Shown piece after piece: positions 29,101 to 42,720 of a DNA stretch of 64,000 nucleotides (the stretch's first letter is position 1; the number at the start of each line of letters is the position of its first letter). Source of the DNA: the human T2T-CHM13v2.0 reference genome, Homo sapiens; the NCBI RefSeq assembly GCF_009914755.1, contig NC_060929.1. One strand, written 5' to 3'. The translations under genes were made by a program, and so were the position numbers. The notes under the pieces are model-generated. The model ran no database searches and had not been told where the DNA came from. It was given only the letters and a program-made list of their open reading frames with translations.

Positions 29101-32100
29101 CCCTAAGTAAAATTCTGGCTTGAAGGCTAAGGAAATGATACCCAGGAAAGGTTATGGTTACCTCAAAGAAATCTGTTCAGCACAGAAAATATCACATTAG
29201 ATTAGATTCTGCAGATTTTTAGACCTTTCCCTGCTTAAACTGCCCTGCAATGTAGCTGTCAGACATCATAGCCAAGCCAATGCCAACCCCACAGTTCTCT
29301 CCTAATCCTGACCCCATTTCTAGACTTAATGCTACATGCTTTTCTAGCAGTTTCTGATAATTTATTAATTACAGAAAGTAGTTTTTGTTTGCCAGCCTGT
29401 TGAGTGGATGGTGATTTCACTATGCTCTACATTTAAGCTTATAGGCTTGGTAGTTTAATAAAACTGCTACTTTTTTGATAAATACATTTTTCCTCCCATG
29501 GTTAAATGAATAAAGTGTATCTAGAGTGAAAAAGAAATCCCAATTATACATAGCATTTTTCTATCTGCTTGCTCATTAAACTTATATGCATGTCATAACA
29601 TAAAAATAACACCCTGTAAGAAATAATCTGTGATAACTTGAAAGGAATGCCTGTGTAATCTAAATTCTTTTGATGCTGTCTCTGGCATTTAACCTGTCAT
29701 TTTAATGAAACAATTTTAATTGCTTATTTGCACATAGTGTTGTGCAAAGTGGCTTACTAGTCTGTGCTTTCTGGGAAGTGATGAAAGACCTGGGTTGGAA
29801 TACTCCATGTGAGTGAATGTGGAAAGGTCACATAGATAATAAATTAATTAAAAATTTAGTTAATTAAATATTTACTGTTTTAAAAAATAAAGTTATATGA
29901 GTTGTAAAGAAATAAACAATGCATTACCCATTTTGATTTTCAGGTATCGGTGAAAGTCATCTTTTGTTGAATCAAGGAGTTGATTCTTACAAATTTTAGG
30001 TCTGAATAATGGGAGTAAGTTCTCTGGCAATCTGTAAGGCAGTATTTCCATTTATCTGAGTTCAAGATGTGTAAAGAAAGTTCTTGTGAGTTCAAAAGTA
30101 AATGGATATGGACTTGGGCCAAAAACAGTGACAGTAAAGTTTAAATGATAGGAGCAAGGAAAAAGATTGTACATTGTACATATAGAATAAACTATGATAA
30201 TGAGTAAAACATTATTCTCAGATTGCTTGAATTGTAGATCAGAGATGATTATAAGATTGGATCGAGAGTTGAGAATGGAGAAGGATTGCACAGGAGTTCC
30301 AGCTTTTCAACAGGTCACGTATGCACAGTTAACAGGGCCACAGTCTTGAAGTAAAGAGGGACAATGCTGGGTAGCGAGGATGGAAGACTTTTACAAATAA
30401 TAAAATATGATTTCATGCAAAGTGTTCAAAGTAGAGCATATTAAAACAGGGAACCCAGAGATGGTGGTTAAATAGTCTCCACAGTCCCACTTCCTTATTG
30501 GGCTGAGCTTCCTGGTCTAGAATGGACTTTAGACAGCATTCTAACCTCATCTCTTTATGTAATCAATGAAATCCAGAAAAATTGGGCAAGTTGTCTGAGC
30601 TCCTACAACTAATTGCTTGTAAAGTTGAAGTGAGAAAAGACGATCTGCAAGTTTATGTAGTAAAACTCAACAAAGTTAATCTTAAACGAATATAGAATGG
30701 GTCCTTTTCTTTTAAATAACTAAAATTTTATTGTGTGCATGACTCTTATCTCTTTCCTGAAGTACTTGTCCTAAGAAAAACATTTGAAACAAGTTACTTT
30801 AATCTTATCTTTTTCCCCAACTTAGATATGAGAAAATTAAGTGTAATCGGGAACCTCTTTCATTACGATCTGAATTAGGAGAAATATCTGTTTATGGCCA
30901 AACATTTTTCTGCTTCTAGAGGCCTAGAGTTGTTTCTAGTACAGACTTAAATTCTAATAGAAAATCTCCAAATAAGGCATTAATATTTATTTCATACCCT
31001 GAATGATATCTAAGGAAAAGGATATTCTCAGTATTATATTGAAACCGATTTAGCTTTTTCTCCTAAGCAGTTACTTAGGAGGAAACTTAAATAGTTGTCA
31101 GTGGTAGTACTGACTTAGCACAGACATTTCAGCAACAGGAAAATACAAATAAAAGAGAAATGTAAGTCTTAGAACCTAGTTCTATGGATGCTTAATTCTC
31201 AAGAACTTTTTCTTTGTTTTGATTTAATACATCCCCTTTAAAATCAATACTCCTAAAGTATTTATTACTTTATCCTAAAGCAATATTTATTAATTTATTA
31301 CTTTTTCCTAAAGTACTTTAAAGGTACTTGTTTCCTCCCAGTGAAGGAAGAATGCTCCATTCTTAACCTGTTCTCTGGATCCCTCTCCTACCCCTTCAGA
31401 ATCCATTGAAGGTTTCTGAACCATTATAACATATTACTTGTGTGTCTGTGTAGCCATTATTTTACTATATCTTATTATAGTTTATGTATGAAATTTGAAC
31501 GGGGGACAGGGAATGTACTTTAATGATAAGTTAGAAGGCCTTTGGCACTTTGCCTGAAATAAGCACCTATATTTTTTGTCTTATTTTTTTCTACTCTAAA
31601 GTCCTTTGAGCGTTATTCTTTCTTTGTTCATTTCTAGATAGGACTCCCTACTCTTGCCCAATGTGTCACAGGAGACATTTTGTGAGATGGCTAGCTGAAG
31701 AGCTTACTGTGTGACCTGAGTGGCTGCACCACCCTGCACCCAGTACTCTCTTTTGTGGAAGATCTGTTCCTCACTGTCATATGTGCCTCACCTGACAAAT
31801 GTCAAATGCATGTCCTTTCAGAACACAGTCACTGCTCTATACCTGGAAAACTGCTATAGTCCATAAAATTCTGCTGTCTAGATAAAATACATGGATTTGA
31901 GACCCAGCCCAGGCCCTGACTTATAGTACGTTGTTGGGAAAGTCAATTAATACTTACATTATTATTAAGAGAGCTCAATGAGATAATGCCTATGACAGCA
32001 CGTGTAAACTATTAAACATACGAAAGACAAACTTTTTATATTAAACTCCTACTGAGAGTTTTACCTCTTAGAGAAAGGGATTTTTTTTTTGTCCTGATTT

Positions 32101-32739
32101 TCATTAAAACCCCAAGTGTTTGTGGGCTAAGTACTACTTGTAATCAGATACTACCAAAATAATTCCATGTACTGTACTATTAGAATGTCAACAGTTTTAT
32201 ATGTTTTCCTTTGAGAGATCAAGTTAAGAATTGCCTTGAAATGTCATCCATCCTAGGAAATTTTAGTACCTCTAAATTCTTTATCCAAGATGAGAAATCA
32301 TCTTTTTATTATTGACTGTTCATCATGTGGAAATCTGTCAGACCTATCAAAAGAACCCCCTTTACACTTTTCTATTCTAAATGCTAAGCAAGATAGCTTT
32401 CTGTTCTGAACCCCCCAAAAAAAGAAAAAAAGGCAGAGGCAGTTTAAATTCTCCTGAAGCAAATATTTGAAAGTGAAAAGATAGGTGTTAAATCTATATT
32501 TGAAGATTTCCTTTAGTGTTCTTGAAGAAATAATTAATGATATGCTGCCCTAGTATGTGTAAAAATATAAACTGTGCTTGAAACCTGATGTTATATAGGA
32601 AATAATCAAGTTCTTACTTCACTTGAGAAAGCTCTTCATTTATTGAAAGCGGCTTTGATATCTATCCAAATATTTTTAATATTTCCAGGACATGACAATT
32701 AATTTTACTTATATTTTTCATTCTGTGTGTAACATGCCT

Positions 32740-32975
32740 TGTAGGTCTTCATCCAGTTCTTAATGAAAATATTGAAAAGAAGATTAAGCATGCAGTCCCA
32801 CATCATACCACTAATAACATTATGACAGATCTCCATCAAACCTTAAATCAATATTCCATGGCTATTATTGTTCAGCCTACAAATCCACTTAACTGTAATT
32901 CTATCCATCTCACTTTATCTCCATTTTAACCCAAAGATTGTAATGATAGCTCAAATGGCTGGGCTGAAATCTTGT
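32740..32975 (-). mobile_element. CR1/L3 RT fragment
   Basis: tcatccagttcttaatgaaaatattgaa...aatccacttaactgta...tcaaatggctgggctgaaatc resembles antisense CR1 RT. Confidence 0.55.
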
Positions 32976-33042
32976 TGCATTTTATTTGCGACATTCCTCT
33001 AATCTAATTTTTTTGAAGTATAAAAATATCTAGTAAACTTTT

Positions 33043-33450
33043 TGTTGGAAAATGTGAAGAGATACTTTTCCACAGATCACTTGCATGTCTGCACATCTTA
33101 CTGGGTATATTAAGAATGCAAGACCGTCACTGATCTTGACCCAGGCCATTTCTCAGGGATGTATCTTTAGTGAGCAACTCTGAAAGATGAAATAATGCCT
33201 CCCTGTATGACAGAGAGTAGGCTTGCTTACTGCCTGCTGTAAAATGGCAGGCATCCCAGACTCAAAGATGACAACCTATTCTGTGTGCAGGTATCCATCT
33301 AGGCTCATCCCCAATACCACCATGCTATGCTATGAATAATAAAGTCCTTTGTCTCTGACCTGTGAGTATCATGCCTTCTGCCAGCATCCATGAAAAAATA
33401 ATAGGCTAGCTTATTAACTTATAAACAAGGTAAAATCCTAGACCTAACAA
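33043..33450 (+). mobile_element. LTR40-like ERVL solo LTR
   Basis: tgttgg start, gcttgcttactgcc, aataaagtcctttgtctctgacc. Confidence 0.65.
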
Positions 33451-33825
33451 AGTATAATACACAGCAGAGAACACAAGTCTTAAGTATAGAGCTTGAATTA
33501 TCACAAAGTGTTTACAGTCATGTTACTTCCAGCCTGATTGAGAAATAGGACATGACTATTGAATCCTCTCTCATACACCTTCCTGGTCACTCCCACCCAT
33601 TCCTAACCACCTTCGTCACCAGGGGTAAGCACTTTGTTGACTTTTAAAAGAGATTAATTTTGCCTATTTTTGAACTTTATGTGAATGATACTGAACTCTC
33701 TTTACATATTCTTATTGCCACACATACATCTTCTTTTTGAAGTTCCTTTTGCCCATTTTTATTGTGTTGCTTACCTATTTGTTACTGAATTGTAGGAGTG
33801 TTTTATAAAACTTGAATAAAAGCCA

Positions 33826-33970
33826 GTTCTGAAAGTTCTGGAGATCCATTGCACAACAGTGTGAATGTACCTAACACTACTGAATGGTACACTTAAAAAT
33901 GATAAAAATGACAAATTCTGTTATGTGGGGTTATTTTACCACAATTAAAAATAAAAAAAAATTTAAAAAA
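33826..33970 (+). mobile_element. L1MB 3' end fragment nested in the older L1
   Basis: aagttctggagatcc...cacttaaaaatg...ttttaccacaattaaaaataaaaaaaa; flanks aaaagcca / aatagcca. Confidence 0.75.
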
Positions 33971-36218
33971 TAGCCAATTGTATGGTTTACTTATACTTAT
34001 TTGTGTAATGATATATTTTGATAAGCAAAAGTTCTTTAAAAAAATATTTTTGGATGAAGTCCCATTATCTTCCCCCTACCCCTCTTTTGTGTGGTTACTG
34101 CTTTTGAGTCCTAAGAAATCTTTACATACTCCAAGATCACAAATATATTTTCTTGTGTTTTCTTTTAGGAGCCTTATACTTTAGATCTATAAATCATTTG
34201 AAACTAATTTCACCTATGATGTTACCGAGGGGGTTGAAATTATATTTTCCCCATACAGTTATATGTAGTTCTTTCAACTATCAATTCTTTAAAAGACTTC
34301 CCTTTCCTCATTGAGTTGCTTCGGTGTCTATGTTGTAAATGAATTGTGGGTCATTTCTGGACTTTGTCTGTTCCATTGATCTATGTAATTATCCTGAAAC
34401 CAAAAACCGTACTTTCTTGATTGAAACTTTGTAGTAATTCTTAAAATTGGATAGTCAAACTCCTCACAGTTTGTTCTTCTGCAACGTTTTTTCTATTGTA
34501 GATCTTTTATAGTTCTATGGAAAAATTTAGAAGCAGCTTGTCAAATTCAACAAAAAAGCCTCCTGGGAATTTGGTTGAGATTGTATTAATTCTGTAAATC
34601 AATATGGGGGAAATTTACAATATTAAGCCTTCCAATTTATGGACTTGATACATTGTTCCATTTATTTTGCTCTCCTTTCACTTCTCTTAGAGATATTTTG
34701 TACTTATCAGTATAAAGGTTTAAAACATCCTTCTTTAAAATTTCTCCAAAGTATTTTGTTATTTGTGGTTATAAAGGATGTTTTTCTAATTTACTTTTCA
34801 AGTATTTTTTTCTGGCATATAGAGATATAATTGATATTTTGATAATTGAGTTTGTATTCTGTGACCTTCATAAATTCACTGTTCTGCCAAATCTGGTGGA
34901 TTTTTTTTTTTTGTAGATTTTTTTTCTTATTTTCTGTGTACTCATAATTTTCTGCAAAGAGATTTTACTTCTTTCTTATTTTTCCATTTTTTTCTGAATT
35001 ATAGCACTGGGATAGATATTCAGTAAAATGATAAATGGTAAGTAGTAAGTGCAGGCATCCTTGCCTTGGTCCTGATTCTGAGAGATAAGTGTTCAATATT
35101 TTACCATTAAGTATGGTGATAGATGTAGGTTCTCCATAGGTGTTCCTTTTAGGACCTAGGAAGTTCTATTCTTTCCCTAGTTTGCGGAGAGATTTTTAAA
35201 AATCATTAGTAGATACTGAATTTGTTTAATGCTTTCCTGTATCTATTGATACGATTACATGATTTTTCTCCTTTTCCCCTTATGATGTTGAATTGCTGTA
35301 GATTGATTTTTAATGTTAAACATTTACTGGGATAAAACCTACTTCATCATGTTGTGTTACCTTTTCAAAGTATTGCTGCATTCTATTAATGATATATATT
35401 GTGCTTATAAAATTTGTCAAATGACATTGTTTTATAATTTCCTTTTCTTATAATATCCTTGTAAGGTTTTAGTATCAAGGTTATACAGGACTCATAAAAA
35501 CAGTTAGAAATATTTTCTTCTCCTTTTCTAAGAAAATTTGTATATGATTGATTCTATTTTTTTCTTAAGTATTTTATAGAATTTACCAATGAAGCCATCT
35601 GGACCTAGAGTTTTCTTTATAGGAAGTGTTTTAGCTACAAATTTAGTGTTCTTCACAATATGGGCTATTTAAATTTTTTTATTTTATCTTGTGTTCACTT
35701 TAGTTGTCTTTCAAGGTATCGGTCCTTACATCCATTTGTCAAGTGTATGCCATAAGGTTATTTATCATATCCCCTAATTATTCTTTTCCCATCTGTAGGG
35801 CCTGTAAAGATGTTTCATCTTTCAATTCTGATATTTGTAAATTGTGTTTTCTCCCCTTTTTTGGTGGGTTGTGGGAATGGCGGAGAACAGTCTTCCTAGG
35901 TGTTTATCCATTTTATTTAATCTATTAAACAACTTTTAGCTTTTTTTTATAATTTGTTTCTCATTGTTGATTGCTGCCCTTTATTATTTCCTTCTTCCTA
36001 CTTTCGTTTAAATTTGCCTTTTCCTGCCTTGCTTTGTCATTTAGAAATGTATGTAGATTAATTTTCATTCCTATCCTTTTCTGACATAAGCATTGAAAGC
36101 TGTAAATTTCCCTCCTAGCACTGTTTAGCTATATACAATAAATTCTGATTATACTTCAGTTTGAATCATGTTCTAATTTTTCTTGTGGTTTCTTTCATTC
36201 TTGTCTTTTCTTTCCATG

Positions 36219-36583
36219 ATATATTAGTTTGCTAGAGCTTCCATACAAAGTACCAAGTGACTTAACAAAAATTTTTTTCCCATAATTTTAGAAGCTACAA
36301 ATTTAAAATGTCAGCAGAGTTGGTTTCTTCTGAGGCCTCTCTTCTTAGCTTGTGTATGGTCATCTTCTCTGTGTGTCTTCACATGATCTTCCCTTTGTCT
36401 GTGTCTAATCTCCTCCTCTTATAAGGATACCAGTCATACTAGATTAGGGCTTACCCTGGGGACTTCATTTTACCTGAATTCTCTCTTTAAAGAACCTATT
36501 TCCAATTATAATTACATTCTGAGGTACTGAGGGTTAGGACTTAAATATAATAATTTTGGAGAGACAAATTTCAGCCCATAACA
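36219..36583 (-). mobile_element. MLT1A-like solo LTR
   Basis: cagagttggtttcttctgaggcctct; ctcttataaggataccagtcatactagattaggg; ends cagcccataaca. Confidence 0.85.
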
Positions 36584-38950
36584 TATTTGTTATTTAAAAG
36601 TGTGTTGCTCAATGTTTGAATATTTGGACATTTTCTTGAAACCTCTTTGTTATTAATTTTAACTGAATTAATTTGAGGTCATATGTTCTGTATGACTTTT
36701 ATTCTTTAAAATTTATTCAGACTTGTTTAATTGCCATGCACATGGTCCTTTTTGGTGAATATTTAGTGCACACTTGAAATGAATGTGCCTTTTGTAGTTG
36801 TTGAGTGTAGAATTCTATGTTCAATTATATTGAGTTGGTTGATAACATACTAAAATCTTCTAAATCTTTATTTCCCTTTGCTCTACTTATTCTATTAATT
36901 ATTGAGAAAAAGTTTGTTTAAATATCCAACACTGATTATATGTTTGTCTTTTTATCTTAATTTTATTAATTTTTCTTCATTTATTTCTAGAAGTTTAGGC
37001 TATCATTTTATATTTACCTCTGCTTGTGTGTGTTTTTTTAATCTCTGAACATATTCTTGGAGGTATAATGGGGTTGTCATTGTAATCCTCATTGGAAAAA
37101 AAAGTTTCCAATCCTCGGTGCACTTTTTTTTTGGTTTTTGTTTTGGTAGTGGGAGGAGATTTATTTGCTTATTTTGCCTCAATGTATGGACTTTAAATAT
37201 TAATCAGCCTCAAAAATTTCATGCAACATGTTGTATGTATGTGTAAGCATTTGAGTAGAATATCTATAATTTTTATCACATTCTTAAAGATGTTCATGAT
37301 TTTACAGAATATAGTAATTATTACCTGAATTTCTGTCCCAGGGACAGTCCCTGAATGTTTCAAAATCTAATTTTATAAAGTATTATAACAATGTTTTTTA
37401 GTAATTGGCTCATGACCCATTAATAGGTAATGGAATGAATTTAGTGGTTTTCATATGCATTTACAAATCAAACACAGTAGGAGACATAAGAATATATTGG
37501 CCATAGTAAATCTTTCTTTATTAATATTTCTTCAGTTTTATACACACAGGAGTATTTGCACTTGGGATCATAGTGAAAAATGTATTACATATTACGGGTC
37601 ATGGCCACAGATCTAGAGAGAAAGCATTTGATTCTGAATTGGTAGGTTCCCATTTGCATTGTTTCTTCTTTTGTTTTTAAAACCTAGGCTGAACTTAACA
37701 GTTATATCTCCTAGGCTTATCATTTGGACCAGGCAGTAAGTTGCTAATCTAATTTTCTTGTTTGCTTTTTGGTTCCACAGTAGTTTTCTCTGTCTTTGTA
37801 TTTAAGGTACTAAATTATTTAATCATTTTTTAAAAAGATGGAATGTTATTTCTGATAATCAATAATGGGAAATATTTAAGCAGGCATTTTCCTCCCTCTC
37901 AGGTACAAATAGAATCATCTAAGTAGCATCAGAAAATTTTTAGGTGAACAGTATTCCAGAAATGTGGTTTGGTTGAGCATTGGGGTTGAGGTGAGAAAAG
38001 GAAGAGAATTATCTGCTGATTGCAAAGATACAAAGATGAAAAGTATTATTTTTCTTACATAGCCAGTAATTGAGGAAGTCAAAGTTTTATTGTTCTAAGA
38101 TTATTAATGCTCTTCCATATGCATAAATCATTAAGCTAAATAAATCCTTTTATAAAATTAAGAGTAAGTTATATAAAGGGCTAATTTGTTTATTTCTGGA
38201 TTACCTACTAGGTAGTACCCTATCCCTTGAGTCAGCCAGTATCATTCAAGGGGAATTATAGACAATTCATATAACCCCAGATGGATGAAGTTATCAAGAC
38301 CTCCTTAAAAAAAGAACAGCCTCTTATAGAGAAAACTATTAAATGAAGATACCTGCACTGAGACATGTGGTTCATCTAAAGAAAAAGGTATTAAGGATAG
38401 TGACTCACAAAGTTAAGAGAGATTCTGCAATAGGCTACCCTAGATTTCTGAGGAGTGATTTTCAAATGTGTATAATATAATCCCTAAAGAGTGAAAATGG
38501 CAGTTTGTATTTGGCATGGAAATAGGGAGACAGTCAGACTTTGTTGCTTTAGTTGCAGACAGTGGGCTGTGTATAGGGTGGGTGGCAGATCTATGATCTC
38601 ACTGTATGTATGTATTTGTCTATAAATGTATCAGCTTCATCACATTTTTTAGAAATTGGTGAAGCCACCTTTCCAGCTTTCTCTTTGAGAATTTTTTTAA
38701 AATAGTACTGTTGAACCCTGGTAGAGAAAACACATAGTGAAAAGTGAAATACCACTAAGATGGAATTGTTACCCCTTTCACATTTTTTGAAGCATTGTAA
38801 ACAAATGCTGAAGTACAAAGGGCTGACTAATGGTTTTTACCACTGACTTTAAGGAGGGCAGCATCTCAGTAAGAAATGTGAAAATGATGAAGTGCTAGTG
38901 CCTTGTAGCATACTGGCCAACATTTTGTAAGTCAAAAGTGAGAAAGGAGA

Positions 38951-41900
38951 AGGTGAAATCAGCAAGATGGCAGAATAGAAAGTCTCAGTCCTTGATCCTC
39001 TACTGAGACACTGACTTAATAGCAATGTATGGATTAAAATACTTTATGAGAACTCCAGAAACCAGATAAGAAGTTGCAGTACACTGGGCAAGTACAAAGC
39101 CAAGAATAGCCATCTTGAAATGAGTGAAAAAAGCAGTTTGACTTTACTAAGCCAGCATAGCTTAGTGCCAGGAGCATATTTCTCAGCTTGCAATTTCTCC
39201 TGGGTTTGAGGAAGAGAATGAAATGTTTAGCCAGTATTCCACCTTTTCAGAGATCTCCCCAGAGAACTGGTTTCTGTCTCACCTGACCCCAAACACTGAT
39301 GAAACAAGCATAGATTAGATGCCTGAATCCATTGAAAACAAGGGAGAGTAGAAGTGGCTTCCTGTGGTACCAAAGGACCTACTGTGCTGCTGAGAAAGTC
39401 TGGCTTGGCTTAGTGCCTTTCGGAGGAAGCACCCAACTTGTGGTTTCTTCTTCAGGAGGGAAGAAGATGAGTGGAGTGTGCATCCAGTATTCTGGTTTTT
39501 TGGAGGTCTGTCTGAAGGACTGGTATCTGTGTTGCCTACTCACCACTGCTGAGGAGCCAATGGCCTTTGGATCACTGGGGGCACTGAGAACCAAGGAGAG
39601 CAGAGTGACTTGCTGTGGCAATGCCACAGAACCTGCGGTAGTACAGCAGACAGCAAATGGAGTGAGAGATTACAAGCTCTTAAAAAAGACAACTGCAAAC
39701 TTCTCTAGGTGGGAAATTACATGCACAATCTCAAGTCACATCCCCCCAAAAAGAGTTCAGAGATTCCCCAAATATCTAGCTGGACTAAATGGTGTATATA
39801 TTCCTCTGTATGAAGCCAATCCATAAAGATTTGTAGTGGTGGCTGTTTTTGTAAATGTACAAACTTAGCAAAAAATCACAAGACACATGAAGAAACAGGG
39901 AAACATGGCCCAATCAAAGGAGCAAAATAAATTTACAGGCCAACCCCCAAAGAAACAGGGATTTATTAATTACCTGACAAATAATTCAATATAAAGTTCA
40001 GTGCTTTGCATGGGAACACAGACAATTAAACAAAAAAATCAGGAAAACAATGAATGAACAAAATGAGAATACTCACAGAGAGGGAAACTATAAAAAAGAA
40101 TTAAGCAGAAGTTCTGGAGTGAAAGAATACCATAACTGAATAGTAAAATTTAGTAGTGGAATTCAGCAACAGCCTTGATTAAGTATAGGAAAGAATCATT
40201 AAACTCAAAGATATGTCATTTGAAATTACAAAATCCAAGGAGTAAAAAGAAAAACAAATGGAGGAAAAGTGAAGAAAACCTAAGGGACTTATGGGACACC
40301 ATCACATGGACCAATATACACATTAGGGGATTTTCAAAGGATAAAAGTAAGAGAAGGGGACAGAGAGCTTGGAGTGCTATATTGCTTCTCTTGAATGCTT
40401 CTAGGAAAATGTGAGAAGACAGATACAGATTAAAGATGAAATTTGTAATCAAAAGGGGAACAGAGCATAAAGATTTGGAAAATTGTCAGCCTTACCATGT
40501 TGTAAAAGAATGGGAGAAACCACTGAAGGTGTGGTTGAACCAATTTAATAAGGAAATTAGTCTGGATGGAAGGAAGACAGAGGCTATTCATCAAAACAAT
40601 GCATTTTGGAGATCTTAGAGGCTGCCACTCCCATCATAGGCCCATATTATCAGGACCTTGAGGGCAGTACACTTTTAAGGGGGCTGGGGAACCCATTGGA
40701 CCTTGGAGGGTGTTTTCCAGGGATGCTTCAAGTTTCTAATCCTTGCATCCTGGTGTAGTGTTCCTTGGTCACCCCAGATATGGCTCCTGTGGGCCCAGGT
40801 GCTGTCCTCTGGAAAGTACAAGCCATAAACCTTGGTGGTGTCCATATGGTGCTAACTGCAGGTATGCAGTGTGCACATCTGTGAAAGCATGGATGCCTCC
40901 ACCCAGATTCCACGGAGACCCTCAGAGCCTTGACAGATAACTGCCGCGGGCAAAGAGCCACCACAGAGAGCCCCGACTAGAGCAATGCCTAGCAGTCAGG
41001 GGCTCAGTGCTACTCCTAAAACCCCAGACCTGTAGAGCCACCAACATGGAAAGCCAGCTTGAGAGAGCTGCAGGCACCCAGCCTCAACCCTTGAGAGCGG
41101 CAATGTACACTGCACATAGCCAAGCCATGAGTGTAGGGCTACCCAAGGTCTTTGGGGCAAATACCCCACCCTGGTGTGTCATGAACTTTCAGGGGCCAGG
41201 AGACAAATGCTGTGGTTTGAATCAACATCCTCCCTGACCCCCTGGACACACACACTTCTTACCTAAGACTCAATGTGATAATATTAAGAGGTGGGGCCTT
41301 CAGAGGTGAATAAATAAAGAGGGAAGAGCTTTATTATTTATTAAGAAATTTATTTATTAAGAAATACTATTATGATGTAGAGTAGTGACTTTATAAAAAG
41401 GCTGGAAGGGACTAGCTAGGGGTCCTTTTTTGCCCTTCTATCCCTTCTATAATGTGAGGACACAGTGTATGTCCTCTCCAGAGGACACGGCTTTCAAGGT
41501 ACCAGCTTGGAATCAAAGATCAGGCCCTCACCAGACACCAAGCCTGCTGACACCTTTATCTTGGAGTTGCCTAAAATGACCTAAATGTAAGATCTGAAAG
41601 TATAAAACTGCTAGAAGAAAACATGGATATTTGATTGGACAATGATATTTGGATATGACACCAAAAGCCTAGGCAACTAATGCAAAAATAGACAGGGAGA
41701 GTACATCAATCTTAAAAACCTTATGATGGCAAAAAAAAAAAAAAAAAAAAAAAAAACATCAGAGGGAAAAAGCAACCTAAAGAATGAGAGAAAAGTTTAC
41801 AAACCACATATCTGATAAAGGTTTAATATCCAGAATAAATAAAGAATTCCTGCAACTCAACAACAAAAAGTAAAAAACCCAATTAAAAAATGAGCAAAGG

Positions 41901-42720
41901 ACTTAGACATTTTCTCCAAGGAAGATATACACATAGATAAGCAAATTGAAAGATTTTCTGTATAACTAAGTATCAGGACAATGCAATCAAAACCACAATA
42001 AGGTATTACTTTACATCTGTTAGGATGGCCACTATAAAAAAAGTAGAAGATAAAAAATTTTGGAGAGGATGTGGAGAAAACAGAATCCTGTGCATTGCCG
42101 TTATAATCGTGAAAAAGTAAAACTGTGATGGCAAACAGTATGGAGCTTCCTCAAAAAATTAAAACTGGAACTACCATATAATCTAGCCATCCCATTTCTG
42201 GATATATATTCAAAAGAATTGAAAACAAGATTTTGAAAAGATACGGTTACACTTGTGTTCATTTCGGTGTGATTCACAACAACCAAGAAGTAGAGGCAGT
42301 GTAATATCCACGGACAGATGAATGGATAAAGAAAATGGGGTATATATATAAAATGGAATATTATTCAGCCTTAAAGAAGAAAATTGTGCCAAATGCTACA
42401 ACATAGATAAACCTTGAAAACATTGTGCTAAGTGAAATAAAACAGCCACAGAAAGACAAATACTGCATAATTCCACTTATATGGGATATCTGAAGTAGTC
42501 AAACTTACAGAAACAAAGTAGAATGATGGTTACCAGGGATTGCAAGGAAGGGAAAACAGTGTTGTTGTTCAATGAGTGTAGAGTTTCAATCAAGTAAAAC
42601 CAAAAGTTCTAGAGATGTGTTGTACAACAATATGTAATATGTTAAGATTGGACTGTACATTTAAAAATTGTTAATACAGTAAATTTATTGTGTAAATTTA
42701 TGTGGTTTTTACCACAATAA
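38951..42720 (+). mobile_element. L1MB-like element with 5'UTR, ORF1 start, ORF2 end and 3'UTR; middle replaced by MST sequence
   Basis: Starts ...cagcaagatggcagaatagaa; ORF1 remnant (EENLRDLWDTI..TNIHI); ORF2 end from about 41572; ends ttttaccacaataa. 17-bp TSD aaaagtgagaaag[g/a]aga (38934-38950, 42721-42737). Confidence 0.85.
40370..41571 (+). mobile_element. MST-type MaLR internal sequence plus 3' LTR (LTR from 41208, 3'-truncated)
   Basis: cagagcataaagatttggaaaatt; aagccataaaccttggtggtgtccatatggtg; polypurine tract aggggccaggagacaaa, then tgctgtggtttgaat; ggccctcaccagacacc. Confidence 0.8.

Larger units (their letters stand above)
33455..36990 (-). mobile_element. Old L1M (3'UTR and much of ORF2), degenerate, with nested insertions
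   Basis: gcaggcatccttgccttggtcctgat; ttttagtatcaaggttatacaggactcataaaa; aatttaccaatgaagccatctggacc. Confidence 0.8.

Noticed and set aside
31250-31315. Short AT-rich tandem-like repeats (also 41331-41372, 47699-47744, 49412-49455) and an AT quasi-palindrome at 29835-29875
   Set aside because: Low complexity; expected from slippage in AT-rich DNA.
39332-39826. 164-aa ORF
   Set aside because: Lies in the degenerate L1 5'UTR, has a non-ATG start and no recognisable domain.
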